Source of the DNA: Myxococcales bacterium
GTDB lineage: Bacteria; Myxococcota; Myxococcia; Myxococcales; JAKAPL01
Reading direction: 5' to 3'
Length of the DNA: 64,000 nt
Assembly: GCA_021783235.1 (NCBI GenBank)
Contig: JAJXUD010000002.1
Location: 90,693-154,692, forward strand
The translations under genes and the position numbers were made by a program. The notes under the pieces were generated by a model. The model was not told the origin of the DNA. It did not search any database and worked only from the letters and a program-made list of their open reading frames with translations. This document shows positions 1 to 9,380 of this stretch, piece by piece. Position 1 is the first letter of the stretch; every line of letters starts with the position of its first letter.

Positions 1-1
1 C

Positions 2-1081
2 GACGCGGCCGCGGGCGACTACCGGGCGGAGGCGAGGCTCGGCGGCTGCCGGATCGAGATCGGCCGGCTCCGCGTGGCCCCGCTCGCGACGCCCCAAGTC
101 CCGGCGCTGCGCGTGGTCGCGCCCCGGACGCTCCTCGCGCCGAACCTCGCCCGGGATCCCGTGCTCGCCCTCGCCGTTCGCCACGGCCTCTCCCCCGAGG
201 AGCTCTGGGGGCTCGGCGGCGCCGACTGGAGCCAGTTCGAGGAGAAGCTCGGCCCCTACCTCGGCAGCCCCGGCGTGGACGGGCCGGGCATCGCGGCGCT
301 GGTCCTGCCCGATCCCGGCGCGGGAGGCGACCTCCAGCGCTTCCAGGCGCTCATCGACGCCGAGCAGCGGCTGCGCCGGCGCGGATTCTCGGGCGAGGTC
401 GTGGCCTTCGGCGGCGACGAGTTCGACGGCCCCGGCGGCGTGGACCGGGCGGCCGCGCTTCACCGGGCGGTCCCGGGCGTCGAGCTCGTCATGGGCAAGC
501 CCGCGGCCGACCTCGGCGGCCTCGCCGACGCGACCTCGTTGCCGTTCGGCCAGTCCGGCGAGACGCTCTCGCTCGACTCCCCCGCCCGCGAGCCGCGCCC
601 CACTCGCCTCTGGTGGACGCTCGGCGTCTCCCCCGGCGAGCGGCTGCCCACCCTCGCGCCGGGGGGCGATCGGCGAGCCGTCCGCGCCATCGGCTGGATG
701 GCCTACGAAAACGGCGTCGTGGGGCTGCGGCTCGAGTCGTCCGGCGCGGGCGCGGCGGCCGACCTCGTGGGGCGCGGGCTCGACGGCCAGCCGGTCTCCA
801 CGGTGCGGCTCGAGCGGCTCCGGCAGGCGGTGCAGGACTACGGGCTGTTGAAGCTGGCCGCGGGGCAAGGGCTCGCCCGCGAGGCGCGCCTCGCGGCGCG
901 GCAGCTCTCGCCGGCCGTCGATCGCTGGCCGAAGGGGGAGGGGGCGTTCGAGGCGGCGCGCGAGGGGCTCGTCGCGCGGCTGCGGGCTACTGCCCGGAGG
1001 CCGTCTTCTGCTGCAAAAACTCGACGTTCTCGCCGATCCGGGGCGCGGCCGGCTGGCCCTGGAAGACCTCCAGGAGCTTGA
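2..1081 (+). CDS. hypothetical protein, 5' end outside the window
   Basis: The frame is open from base 2, with no stop upstream of the GTG at 74. Composition is not shadow-like (RLWWTLGVSPGERLPTLAPGG, GWMAYENGVVGLRLE). The Arg-rich last ~30 codons overlap convergent divIVA, so the 3' end may be over-extended. Confidence 0.5.
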   Translation, partial: DAAAGDYRAEARLGGCRIEIGRLRVAPLATPQVPALRVVAPRTLLAPNLARDPVLALAVRHGLSPEELWGLGGADWSQFEEKLGPYLGSPGVDGPGIAALVLPDPGAGGDLQRFQALIDAEQRLRRRGFSGEVVAFGGDEFDGPGGVDRAAALHRAVPGVELVMGKPAADLGGLADATSLPFGQSGETLSLDSPAREPRPTRLWWTLGVSPGERLPTLAPGGDRRAVRAIGWMAYENGVVGLRLESSGAGAAADLVGRGLDGQPVSTVRLERLRQAVQDYGLLKLAAGQGLAREARLAARQLSPAVDRWPKGEGAFEAAREGLVARLRATARRPSSAAKTRRSRRSGARPAGPGRPPGA

Positions 1082-1499
1082 GCTGCGATTCGACGAGCGA
1101 GCGGAGCCCGGCCTCGAACTGGGTCCGCTGCCGCTTCAGCTCGCCGATCTCGTCGAGGATCTGGACGAGCCGGTTGTGCGCGCCCTGGACGATCTTCTCG
1201 GCCTGGAGCTCCGCCTCGGACACCACCACCTCGGCCTGCCGCTTGGCCGCGTCCTTGATGTCCTCGGTCACCTTCTGCGCCGTGACCATCGTCTCCTGCA
1301 GCGTCCGCTCGCGCTCGTGAAACTCCTCGAGTTTCGCCGACTTGCGCTTCAGCTCGTCCTTGATCGCGATGCTCTCTCGGACGATCTCCTCGAACTCCGC
1401 CGCCACGAGCTCGAGGAACGCCTCGACCTCGCGCGCGTCGAGCCCGCGGACCTTCTTGCCGAACTGCTTCTGCCGGATGTCGAGCGGCGTGACCTTCAT
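987..1499 (-). CDS. divIVA: DivIVA domain protein
   Basis: The internal ATG at 1499 gives [42 protein letters not shown], the canonical DivIVA N-terminus, followed by coiled-coil sequence. The part of ORF 987..1838 upstream of this ATG is shadow-like. Confidence 0.85.
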   Translation of the reverse strand: MKVTPLDIRQKQFGKKVRGLDAREVEAFLELVAAEFEEIVRESIAIKDELKRKSAKLEEFHERERTLQETMVTAQKVTEDIKDAAKRQAEVVVSEAELQAEKIVQGAHNRLVQILDEIGELKRQRTQFEAGLRSLVESQLKLLEVFQGQPAAPRIGENVEFLQQKTASGQ

Positions 1500-1586
1500 G
1501 GGAGAGAACTGTAGCGGAGCCCGCCCGCGCCCGCAAATTTCGCGCTCGCCCGCGCGCCGTGAACCGGATCCGTCGCGGCTCGCAGC

Positions 1587-1615
1587 TTGACTTGAAGGAC
1601 CGGCGGAGTTATCGC
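1587..1615 (+). promoter_or_regulatory. possible sigma70-type promoter of the ars operon
   Basis: TTGACT (1587-1592), a 17-nt spacer, then TATCGC (1610-1615). The arsR ATG lies only 9 nt downstream, which would imply a near-leaderless mRNA. This is a consensus match only. Confidence 0.25.
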
Positions 1616-1624
1616 AGAAAGACG

Positions 1625-1969
1625 ATGAGGCAGCGAGCCGAGACCGATTCTTGCTGCCCTCCGCCGAACGCCGAGCCGGACCTTCGTCCCATCGAGGGAC
1701 CCGAGGCCGACGAAGCGCTCGCCGCGCTGAGCAAGGCGATTGCGCATCCGGCCAGGGTACGGATCGTCCGCCTCTTGGTCCGCAAGAGTTCGTGTGTGTG
1801 TGGCGACATCGTGGGCGAGCTTCCACTCGCCCAGTCAACGGTCTCTCAGCACCTGAAGGTCTTGAAGGAAGCTGGCCTGATCCGGGGCGAGGTGGACGGT
1901 CCGCGCGTCTGCTACTGCATCGAACCCCGAATGCTCAGGCGCTTCAAGGCGATCGTCGCGGGACTCTAG
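1625..1969 (+). CDS. arsR: ArsR/SmtB family metalloregulator
   Basis: [52 protein letters not shown] is the ArsR winged HTH, with a CVC metal site before the recognition helix. Start taken at the internal ATG at 1625. Confidence 0.85.
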   Translation: MRQRAETDSCCPPPNAEPDLRPIEGPEADEALAALSKAIAHPARVRIVRLLVRKSSCVCGDIVGELPLAQSTVSQHLKVLKEAGLIRGEVDGPRVCYCIEPRMLRRFKAIVAGL

Positions 1970-2024
1970 GTTCTCTGCTGGCCCCATCCATCGTGCAGCG
2001 CCGATAAATCGAAGGAGTTCATCC

Positions 2025-2462
2025 ATGACCGTCGTTCGCGTCTTCGACCCCGCCATGTGCTGCTCGACCGGGATCTGCGGCCCCTCCGTCGACCCGAAAC
2101 TCGTCCGCTTCGCGGCGGACCTCGACTGGTTGAAGCAGCAGGGCGTCTCCGTCGAGCGGTTCAACCTCTCGCAGCAGCCCGCGGCCTTCGCCGAGGACGT
2201 GGCCGCGAAGACCGCCCTCGAGACGAGGGGGGAGGCCGGCCTGCCGCTCGTGAAGGTGAACGGCGAGGTCAAGAGCAGCGGCGTCTTCCCGTCGCGCGAC
2301 GAGCTGGCGGCGTGGGCTGGCGTCGAGGCTCCCACCTCGGCCAAGGTCGGGGGGGCTGGGACTCCCGAGGCCGCGGCCGAAGCGCCCAAGGAGTGTTCGG
2401 GCGGCTGCTGCGGTTCGGGGAACCAGGCGGCCGCCGGGCAGAAGAGGTCCGGCTGCTGCTGA
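2025..2462 (+). CDS. arsD: arsenic metallochaperone/repressor ArsD
   Basis: MTVVRVFDPAMCCSTGICGPSVDPKLVRFAADLDWLKQQGVSVERFNLSQQP is near-colinear with R773 ArsD (VFDPAMCCSTGVCG...ERFNLAQQP). It has a Cys-rich C-terminal tail. Confidence 0.9.
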   Translation: MTVVRVFDPAMCCSTGICGPSVDPKLVRFAADLDWLKQQGVSVERFNLSQQPAAFAEDVAAKTALETRGEAGLPLVKVNGEVKSSGVFPSRDELAAWAGVEAPTSAKVGGAGTPEAAAEAPKECSGGCCGSGNQAAAGQKRSGCC

Positions 2463-2474
2463 GAAGGAGCCGTC

Positions 2475-4277
2475 ATGTCCGCGCTGATCGAAGACCCGAC
2501 GCGCATCCTCTTCTTCACGGGCAAGGGCGGCGTGGGCAAGACCTCCTCGGCCTGCGCAACGGCCATCGGCCTCGCCGACGCGGCCAAGCGCGTGCTGCTC
2601 GTCAGCACGGACCCGGCCTCGAACCTGGACGAGCTGCTCGGCGTGAAGCTGTCGGCCACGCCGACACAGCTGCCGGACGTGCCGGGCCTCGCGGCGCTCA
2701 ACATCGACCCGGAGCAGGCCGCCCGCGACCATCGCGAGCGCATCGTCGGCCCCTATCGAGCGCTCTTGCCGGCGGTCGCCATCGCCAGCATGGAGGAGCA
2801 GCTCTCGGGCACGTGCACCGTCGAGATAGCGGCGTTCGACGAGTTCTCCAAGCTGCTCGGGGACGAGGCCGCGACCTCCGACTTCGATCACGTCATCTTC
2901 GACACCGCGCCGACGGGCCACACGCTTCGGCTGCTCGAGCTGCCCGCCGCCTGGACGAACTTCATCGACACGAACGTGGGGGGGACGTCCTGCCTCGGCC
3001 CGCTCTCGGGATTGAGCGCGCAGAGGACGTTGTACGCCGCGTCCAACGAGGCGCTGCGGGATCCCGCGCAGACCACGCTGGTCCTGGTCGCTCGCCCCGA
3101 AGCCTCATCGCTCACCGAGGCCGAGCGTACCCGGTCGGAGCTCGCGCAGCTCGGCGTCGCCAACGTCCGACTCATCCTGAACGGCGTGTTCCAGGCGCGG
3201 GACGCGAGCGACCCGACGGCGGCGGCGCTGGACGCTCGCGGACGGGCGGCTCTCGAGGCGCTCCCTGCTGGGCTGCGCGGCTTGAGGCGGGTCGACGTTC
3301 CGCTGCTCCCGTTCGGACTCGTGGGAAGCGACGCGCTCCGCCAGCTGGGCACGCTCGGTGGGGGCTCGTTCGAAGCCCCCCCGCCCCTGCCTGCGCACGC
3401 CGTTCGCGGCGACCGACTCTCCGCGCTGGTGGACCAGCTCGCCAAGCACGGGAAGGGCGTCGTGATGACGATGGGCAAGGGCGGTGTGGGCAAGACCAGC
3501 GTGGCCGCGCGCATCGCCAGCGAGCTCGGGCGCCGGGGGCTGCCGGTCACGCTCACGACCACCGATCCGGCGGCTCACGTCGAGCAGGCCGCCCGTGAGC
3601 TGAACGCCGCCGCGTCCGGGCTCCGCGTGACGCGCATCGATCCGGCGCTCGAGAGCCGCCGCTACACCGAAGAGGTGCTGGCGACGGCGGGCGCCGGCCT
3701 CGACGCGCAGGGCAGGGCGCTGCTCGAAGAGGAGCTTCGCAGCCCCTGCACCGAGGAGATCGCGGTCTTCCGGGCGTTCGCCGAGACGGTGGCGCAAGGC
3801 GAGGAGCGGTTCGTCGTCATCGACACGGCTCCGACCGGCCACACCCTGCTCCTGCTCGACGCTGCCGAGGCCTACCATCGAGAGCTGCTGCGAAAGCCGA
3901 GCGGAAGCCCCGACGCGGTGCAACGGCTCCTGCCGCGGCTGAGGGATCCGGACTACACGCACGTGCTGCTGGTGACGCTGCCGGAGGCGACCCCGATCCA
4001 CGAGGCGATGCAGCTCGAGCGCGATCTCGCTCGCGCCGACATCCGGCCCCTCGCCTGGATCGTGAACCAGAGTCTCACCCCTTTGGAGGTGAGCGACCCC
4101 GTGCTTCGCGCCCGGCGAGCGCACGAGGCGCCGTTTCTGAGGGAGCTCGCGCAACACGCGGCCCGCCTCGTGCTCGAAGGCTGGCGGGAAGGCGCAACCG
4201 AGGCCCACCCGCGCGGGAGCCGGGCGAGCAGAGGCCAGGAGGAGTGCCGGCCGTCGCCTCGCCGCCGCCGCGGGTGA
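2475..4277 (+). CDS. arsA: arsenite-stimulated ATPase ArsA (two-domain)
   Basis: Two P-loops (FFTGKGGVGKTS and MTMGKGGVGKTS). Two DTAPTGHTL signature motifs and STDPA motifs. The length is typical for ArsA. Confidence 0.9.
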   Translation: MSALIEDPTRILFFTGKGGVGKTSSACATAIGLADAAKRVLLVSTDPASNLDELLGVKLSATPTQLPDVPGLAALNIDPEQAARDHRERIVGPYRALLPAVAIASMEEQLSGTCTVEIAAFDEFSKLLGDEAATSDFDHVIFDTAPTGHTLRLLELPAAWTNFIDTNVGGTSCLGPLSGLSAQRTLYAASNEALRDPAQTTLVLVARPEASSLTEAERTRSELAQLGVANVRLILNGVFQARDASDPTAAALDARGRAALEALPAGLRGLRRVDVPLLPFGLVGSDALRQLGTLGGGSFEAPPPLPAHAVRGDRLSALVDQLAKHGKGVVMTMGKGGVGKTSVAARIASELGRRGLPVTLTTTDPAAHVEQAARELNAAASGLRVTRIDPALESRRYTEEVLATAGAGLDAQGRALLEEELRSPCTEEIAVFRAFAETVAQGEERFVVIDTAPTGHTLLLLDAAEAYHRELLRKPSGSPDAVQRLLPRLRDPDYTHVLLVTLPEATPIHEAMQLERDLARADIRPLAWIVNQSLTPLEVSDPVLRARRAHEAPFLRELAQHAARLVLEGWREGATEAHPRGSRASRGQEECRPSPRRRRG

Positions 4278-4369
4278 GCCGCTCGTCGGGCGGCTCCCTG
4301 TGGGGGGCGGCGGCCGCGTGGACCATCCTTCGAGAACAGGTCATTCTGCCCGCTCGTCCCCGGCGCTCG

Positions 4370-5098
4370 ATGACCCCCTCGCACTCGCTTCAGCTCGCCC
4401 TCGCCGCCCTGGCGGTGCTCTTCGCCTTCGGGGCGCGGGGAGTCTCGGGCTTCGGGTCGGGGATGATCGCGGTCCCGCTCCTCGCGATCCTCTTCCCGCT
4501 CACGCGGGTCGTCCCGGCGGTGGCCGTCCTGAACTACCTCGCGGCGCTCTGGATCGGCTTCAAGGACTTTCGCCGCGCCGCCTGGCGCGAGCTCGGGCTC
4601 CTGCTGCCGGCCGCCCTCGCCGGCCTCGCCCTCGCGCTCCCGATCTTCCACGCGCTCTCGCCGATCCTGCTGCGACGCCTCCTCGGCGGCTGGCTGCTCC
4701 TCCAGGCCGCCCGCTCGCTCGCGAGGGCGCCGCCGAGGGCCGCCTCGCGCGGCTGGGCGCTGCCGGCGGGGCTCCTCGGCGGGATCACCGACGGCCTCTT
4801 CAGCATCGGCGGGCCGGTCTACGCCGCGTACCTCGGCCGCCGGGAGCTCGAGAAGTCCGTCTTCCGGGCGACGCTCACGATGCTGCTCGTCCTGGAATCG
4901 AGCCTGCGGCTCATCGGCTACGGCGCGACCGGGATCCTCGACCGCTCGGCCATCGGGTTCGCTGCCGCCCTCCTGCCGGTCGCCTTCCTCGGCCTCCTCC
5001 TCGGCGAGCGGCTCCACGGCCGACTCCCCGAGCAGCTCTTCCGCCGGATCGTCTCGCTCCTCATCCTCGCGAGCGGCCTCGTCCTGCTCGCGACGTGA
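4370..5098 (+). CDS. TSUP (TauE/SafE) family membrane permease
   Basis: Polytopic hydrophobic protein with a GFGSGMIAVPLL motif and a repeated half containing GGITDGLFSIGGP. Start taken at the ATG at 4370, because the ORF upstream of it overlaps the arsA tail. Confidence 0.75.
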   Translation: MTPSHSLQLALAALAVLFAFGARGVSGFGSGMIAVPLLAILFPLTRVVPAVAVLNYLAALWIGFKDFRRAAWRELGLLLPAALAGLALALPIFHALSPILLRRLLGGWLLLQAARSLARAPPRAASRGWALPAGLLGGITDGLFSIGGPVYAAYLGRRELEKSVFRATLTMLLVLESSLRLIGYGATGILDRSAIGFAAALLPVAFLGLLLGERLHGRLPEQLFRRIVSLLILASGLVLLAT

Positions 5099-5212
5099 AG
5101 CGGGCGCGGCGGGTCGCCGGGTCTCGACGAACGGCTCGCGCGCGATCGCCCAGTCGTGGTCGGCGAGCAGCTGGCGCTCGCGGGTTCGAGACGTCGGCTG
5201 CCGCGCCGGACG

Positions 5213-5869
5213 TCAGGGCGCGTTCGGCTGCAGCAGCACGAAGTACTGGTACGGAAGGAAGGTCTTCTCCTCGCGGAGCGACAGGCCGGCAGTCGCGGCC
5301 TGCTTCAGGAAGTCGTCGCGCGAGATCTTGTGCTGGACGGGCGGGCCGACGGGCAGCTCGCGCTTCTGGAAGTCGATGTTCACGAGGCGCCCGCCCTTCT
5401 TGAGCCGGGGGACGAGCGCCCGCAGGTAGCCCGGGCCGTCGGGGAAGTGGTGGTAGGTGTCGACGATCACGACGAGGTCGCAGGCCGCCGCGGGCAGCAG
5501 CGGGTCGTCGGGCAGGCCGAGGACGGGCGTCACGTTCCGCAGCTTCGCCGCCGCCAGGCGCTCGCGGAGCGCCTCGAGCATCTTGGGCTCGACGTCCACC
5601 GCGAAGACCCGCCCCCCGTCGCCGACGGCCTTCGCGAAGCGGAGCGAGAAGTAGCCCGGGCCCGAGCCGATGTCGCACACGGTCTGGCCGGGGGAGACGG
5701 CCAGGGCCTTCACCACCTCGTCGGGCTTCTGCCAGGCGGCCCGCTCCGGCTCCTCCATCTTCGCGATGTAGGAGTCCAGGTTCGCCGGGTTCCCGTGCTG
5801 ACCGTGGGCGAAGCCGGCGTGGAAATCCGTCGGGGCGGCGAGGCTCATCACGATGAGGAGGCTGATCAT
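5213..5869 (-). CDS. class I SAM-dependent methyltransferase with N-terminal signal-like segment
   Basis: Motif I VCDIGSGPGYFS, then post-I VFAVDVEP and LKKGGRLV. Hydrophobic N-terminus MISLLIVMSLAAP. Confidence 0.75.
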   Translation of the reverse strand: MISLLIVMSLAAPTDFHAGFAHGQHGNPANLDSYIAKMEEPERAAWQKPDEVVKALAVSPGQTVCDIGSGPGYFSLRFAKAVGDGGRVFAVDVEPKMLEALRERLAAAKLRNVTPVLGLPDDPLLPAAACDLVVIVDTYHHFPDGPGYLRALVPRLKKGGRLVNIDFQKRELPVGPPVQHKISRDDFLKQAATAGLSLREEKTFLPYQYFVLLQPNAP

Positions 5870-6031
5870 CTCGACCTCGAAGGGGTTGTCGTCACGGCGC
5901 CGAGCGGAGCGCCGGCGCGCGCATCATAGCCGAACCCGTCCACGCGGGGCGGCCCGCGTGGTGGAGGCGGCGGCCCCGCGGTAAGGTCGGCGGGCCAAAG
6001 GCTCGACGACCCCTTCGCGCTCACACGCCCC

Positions 6032-6391
6032 TTGCGAACGAAGCTCACCCTCTGGGATGCCTTCGCCGGCCCGCGGACCTTCATCGGCGCCGTCCTCACG
6101 CTCTTTTCCGCGCTGACAGCGCTGTCGCTCTTTCGCGTCCGCTTCGGGAGGAGGGAGCTCCCGCGGCCCCGCCCGGTCAGCCTCCTCGCCGCCGCCCTGT
6201 ACGCGGCCCTCGCCGGCTGGATGCTCTACTTCGGCTTCTCGACGCCGCTGCGGGAGCTGGCGAGCGCGGCGGCGCACCCCGAGCGGCTCTGGAGCAACCT
6301 CGTCGTCTGGCTCCTCCTGGTGGCGGCGGCGGCCCTCGCCGCCTACGAGATCAGCGCCCGCGCCGCGAGGGCCCGGGCGGGGGGCGGCTGA
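6032..6391 (+). CDS. small membrane protein, hypothetical
   Basis: TTG start. Three or four hydrophobic helices (FIGAVLTLFSALTALSLF, LLAAALYAALAGWMLYFGF, LVVWLLLVAAAALAAY). Confidence 0.5.
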   Translation: MRTKLTLWDAFAGPRTFIGAVLTLFSALTALSLFRVRFGRRELPRPRPVSLLAAALYAALAGWMLYFGFSTPLRELASAAAHPERLWSNLVVWLLLVAAAALAAYEISARAARARAGGG

Positions 6392-6396
6392 GAGGC

Positions 6397-7416
6397 TCAG
6401 CTCGGGCGCCGGCCCACGACGATCGCCTCGAAGCCGCCGCCGACCAGGAAGCTGCTGGCCGGCATCCCCGCCTCGGCGAAGGCCGCCTCGATCTCGGCCG
6501 GCCGCAGGAGGTGGTTGCCCTGGACGTGCTCGCTCAGGTTCTGGACGGCGAGGCCGCGGGCGCGCGGCTCCCGGAGCCTGCTCAGCTCGTCCGGCCAGGC
6601 CGGCTCCCAGATGACGGCGGCGCCGCCCGGCTGCAGCGCGTCGCGCAGGAGCCGGAAAACCTGCTCGCGCCGATCCCAGACGTGGTGGAGCGCGCGGTTC
6701 ATCACCACGAGCGCCGCCGGCTCCACCGGCGCGTGGGCGTAGATGTCCCCGACGAAAAACGACAGCCGGTCGGCGAGGCCGTCGCGCCGGGCGCGCTCGG
6801 TCGCCTGGCGGACGTTCTCCTCGATGCCGTCGAGGCCGACGCCCCGCAGCTTCGGGTGGCGCGCCAGGAGCCGGCGGAGGTACCAGCCGTTGCCGCAGCC
6901 GAGATCGAGCGCCAGCCCGCCCCGGCGGCCGATCTCGTCGAGCAGCGGCACGGCCGGCAGCAGCTCGCGCTCGAAGATCGGGCCGAAGGTCGCCTCGAGC
7001 ATCGGCCCGAACCACGGCAGGATGGTCTCGCGCTCGGCGAGCACGCTCTCGCCCGGCCGCTCCCCGGTCCGCATCAAGAGGGCCGCCCGCTCGCTCAGGT
7101 GGGCCCCCAGCATGGCCTGCACGGCCATCGGCATCAGCGTGTCGGGCTCGTTCGGGAGGAAGGCCCGGCCCGCCTCGGCGAGCCGAAAGCGATCGCCGCT
7201 CGCGTCGAGCAGGCCGAAGGCGTAGGCGGCCTGCAGCCAGCGCGTCAGGTAGCCCGCGTCGAGCTGGAGCCGCGCCGCGAGCTCGGCGGCCGTGGCGTCG
7301 CCCTTCTCGAGGGCCGCGAAGAGCCCGTTGGTCACGCCGATGAACGCGAGCTGGAGCGCCATCGACCCCTGCGCCTGGGCGAGGACGGCTTTGCGGATCT
7401 CTTCGGAGGGTGCCAT
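6397..7416 (-). CDS. SAM-dependent methyltransferase with N-terminal winged-helix dimerisation-like domain
   Basis: LDLGCGNGWYLRRL (motif I), GLDGIEENV, ALQPGGAAVIWE. The N-terminal ~100 aa resemble the dimerisation/wHTH domain of O-methyltransferase-like enzymes. Confidence 0.75.
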   Translation of the reverse strand: MAPSEEIRKAVLAQAQGSMALQLAFIGVTNGLFAALEKGDATAAELAARLQLDAGYLTRWLQAAYAFGLLDASGDRFRLAEAGRAFLPNEPDTLMPMAVQAMLGAHLSERAALLMRTGERPGESVLAERETILPWFGPMLEATFGPIFERELLPAVPLLDEIGRRGGLALDLGCGNGWYLRRLLARHPKLRGVGLDGIEENVRQATERARRDGLADRLSFFVGDIYAHAPVEPAALVVMNRALHHVWDRREQVFRLLRDALQPGGAAVIWEPAWPDELSRLREPRARGLAVQNLSEHVQGNHLLRPAEIEAAFAEAGMPASSFLVGGGFEAIVVGRRPS

Positions 7417-7506
7417 GGGAGGTGAGAGCCAGGGAGGGCTCTAATCGATTCAGCCCCGGCTCCCCCGAGCGCCGCCCCCTCGGGGCCGTACTCGCTCCCG
7501 ACCTGA

Positions 7507-7535
7507 AAAAGCGGCGGCGGCCGCCCCCCGCTTTT
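7507..7535 (-). terminator. intrinsic-terminator-like hairpin downstream of 7596..8171
   Basis: AAAAGCGG (7507-7514) and CCGCTTTT (7528-7535) form a perfect 8-bp stem with a 13-nt loop. An A/T run on both sides puts a U-tract after the stem on the minus strand, ~60 nt after the stop. Confidence 0.4.
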
Positions 7536-7595
7536 GATCGCGAGGAGGGGCCGCCGCCTGGTTTTACGCAACTACGAGGGCTGCACCGCCGGGCA

Positions 7596-8171
7596 CTAGT
7601 TGCCGGTGCCCGTGGTGCCCTTCGGCGCCGCCGGGGCCGCGTTCGCGGACTCCGGCTGGTCGATGAGGGCGGGGACGACCTTCATCCCCTCCGGCCCGAC
7701 CGTCACGGTGGGGACGCCATCGGCCTTGACTGCGGCCTTCTGGCGGGGACCCATCGTGTGGCGCTTCTGGCGCGTGACCTTGGCCTTCGCCGCCTTGAGC
7801 TGCTTCTGCTCGGGCGTGAGGGCCTTCGGGGCGTGCGACGCGATCCCGAACTTCGCGAGTTCGGGGTTCTTTCGCCCCAGGGTCCCGATGAGCGCCCCCT
7901 TCAACTGCTGGAAGAGCTCCTTCGACCCTGGCACGGCCGCCGTGTTGGCCGCCTTCGCGTTCACGAAAGCGGCCTTCGCATCGGCCGTGGCCACCATCGG
8001 CGCGATCGCCGCCTGGCACAGCTGGATCAGCTGGGCCTGCGTCTCGATCTTGCCGTTCACGGTCAGCGACCCACCCGACGGAAACGCCGTCTGGAACCCC
8101 TGAAGCAAGTTCAGGAAGTCCGTGTACAGCGCCTTCGGGGTGAAGTTCACCTTGGTGTTGTTGTTGGCCAT
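7596..8171 (-). CDS. hypothetical Ala/Lys-rich protein
   Basis: A strong SD (AAGGAGG) lies 8 nt before the ATG at 8171. The protein MANNNTKVNFTPKALYTDFLNLLQGF... has a basic C-terminal half (KQLKAAKAKVTRQKRHTMGPRQKAAVKA). No family recognised. Confidence 0.7.
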   Translation of the reverse strand: MANNNTKVNFTPKALYTDFLNLLQGFQTAFPSGGSLTVNGKIETQAQLIQLCQAAIAPMVATADAKAAFVNAKAANTAAVPGSKELFQQLKGALIGTLGRKNPELAKFGIASHAPKALTPEQKQLKAAKAKVTRQKRHTMGPRQKAAVKADGVPTVTVGPEGMKVVPALIDQPESANAAPAAPKGTTGTGN

Positions 8172-8249
8172 TGCATTCACCTCCTTTCCACAACGTTGAG
8201 TGTCTGTTCGCGTACCTGGCCCAGAGCGCCGTCCGGCACCATGCCGGCC

Positions 8250-8345
8250 GAAGACCCATCCCGTCGCCCTGGGCTGCCACGCCCTTTGCTGCGGTCTTCA
8301 CAGAGTAGGGGGCCAGCAGGCGCCAAAAGTGCGGCGTCTTTTTTT
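8250..8345. repeat. structured repeat, copy A (paralogue of 9498..9588)
   Basis: A GAAGACC/GGTCTTC stem (8250-8256 with 8293-8299) encloses 36 nt. It is followed by a ~48-nt block that is about 80 percent identical, by hand alignment, to 9541-9588. Confidence 0.6.
8319..8345 (+). terminator. plus-strand terminator-like hairpin at the end of repeat copy A
   Basis: GGCGCC (8319-8324) pairs with GGCGTC (8333-8338, one G:U pair) across an 8-nt loop. Seven T (8339-8345) follow directly. Confidence 0.4.
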
Positions 8346-8385
8346 GGGAGGGCGCCAACGCCTCGAAAGGCAGGCGCTTTTCGGC

Positions 8386-9036
8386 TCAGAGCGGCGTGAT
8401 CGACAGGTTGTCGAAGCTGACGTCGCTCTCCCAGCCGTCGAAGCCGAAGTGGTCGTGCCCCGGCCCCTCGAGCGGCTCCGGATCGTCCCAGGCGAGGAAC
8501 GGCTGCCCGTCGATCCACCAGTCGAGCCGTCCCGCGTGCCGCTCGATCACCCAGTGGTAGCTCCGCCCCGGCGTGACCCGCGGCGACTGCCGCGCTGGCA
8601 CGCCCCGATCGAGCTGCCAGGCGTGCTCGTTCTGCTTGACGAGCGTGCTCAACTGGTCGTGCCAGCCGCCGAAGATGAAGACGTAGCCCGTGGCCGTGTA
8701 GATGAGATCCCGCCGCACCGCCTCGTCCGACTCGAAGCTCTTCCCGTCCCCGTCGAGCTCGACCTTGAGATCCCCGTCGGCGGAGTGGGCGGTGCAGTCG
8801 AGCTCCACCCGCACGTCCCGCGGCAACCGCCGCCGCAGCCAGAGCGCGTGGTTGTGCGCGTGGTCCACCTCGAGCGCGCCGTCCACGATGCGCCACGGCC
8901 CCCCCGTGTTGAACCAGTCCGGCCCCAGCGCCGACCGGTCGAAGCGGTCCGTGAAGCCACGCCCGAGCGGCGGGTCCCCGCGCTGGTGGCATCCAAAGAG
9001 GACGAAGCCGAGAGCGAGAAGCCAGCTCCTCCACAC
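8386..9036 (-). CDS. lipoprotein with concanavalin A-like lectin/glucanase fold (DUF1080/LamG-like)
   Basis: Lipobox LFGC after MWRSWLLALGFV. GPWRIVDGALEV, DVRVELDC and YVFIFGGW resemble the DUF1080 beta-sandwich pattern. Confidence 0.65.
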   Translation of the reverse strand: MWRSWLLALGFVLFGCHQRGDPPLGRGFTDRFDRSALGPDWFNTGGPWRIVDGALEVDHAHNHALWLRRRLPRDVRVELDCTAHSADGDLKVELDGDGKSFESDEAVRRDLIYTATGYVFIFGGWHDQLSTLVKQNEHAWQLDRGVPARQSPRVTPGRSYHWVIERHAGRLDWWIDGQPFLAWDDPEPLEGPGHDHFGFDGWESDVSFDNLSITPL

Positions 9037-9380
9037 GCGCCCCTTCTACCACGTCACCGGGCGTCCTCCGCTCCCCGCCGGTTGCTGCCTCTCCGCCGCG
9101 AAGAGGAAGCATCGAAACGCTCGGGCCCCGAGCCTCGCCAGAGGCGCACACGCCTGGGCCGTCATGCGGGCGAGAGGTTATGAGAGCGCATATCGCGCTC
9201 ATAACTCTCATTTTTCTCCGCCTTAGGCGCCAGGAGTCGGCGGAGCTCGTCCAGGCTGAAGTCCTGACCGAGCGCTCGGGGAACGGTCATGCTTTGGGCC
9301 TACAGCTTTCCATGCGCTCTCCCGCTCTCTCGTTCTAAGGCAGCGGGGAGGGTACGGTCGAGCCTCGCGCAGCCGAGCCC

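Noticed and set aside
4244-4369. Upstream extension of the first TSUP ORF, overlapping the arsA 3' end.
   Set aside because: The extension is Arg/Ser/Pro-rich and not hydrophobic. The ATG at 4370 sits directly before the first TM helix.
8286-8336. Sigma-54 promoter (TGGCAC-N5-TTGC) within the minus-strand reading of repeat copy A (TTTTGGCGCCTGCTGGCC).
   Set aside because: The GC of the -12 element falls one base out of register, and copy B lacks the TGGC element altogether.
9162-9290. 42-codon minus-strand ORF (MTVPRALGQDFSLDELRRLLAPKAEKNESYERDMRSHNLSPA). It lies in a low-GC patch containing an imperfect ~18-bp inverted repeat (about 9170-9210) followed by a T-run.
   Set aside because: It is too short, has no SD and no recognisable family. 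The inverted repeat is imperfect. I cannot distinguish a small gene, an operator or a relic. It is mentioned under the structured-repeat finding as part of the bracketed segment.
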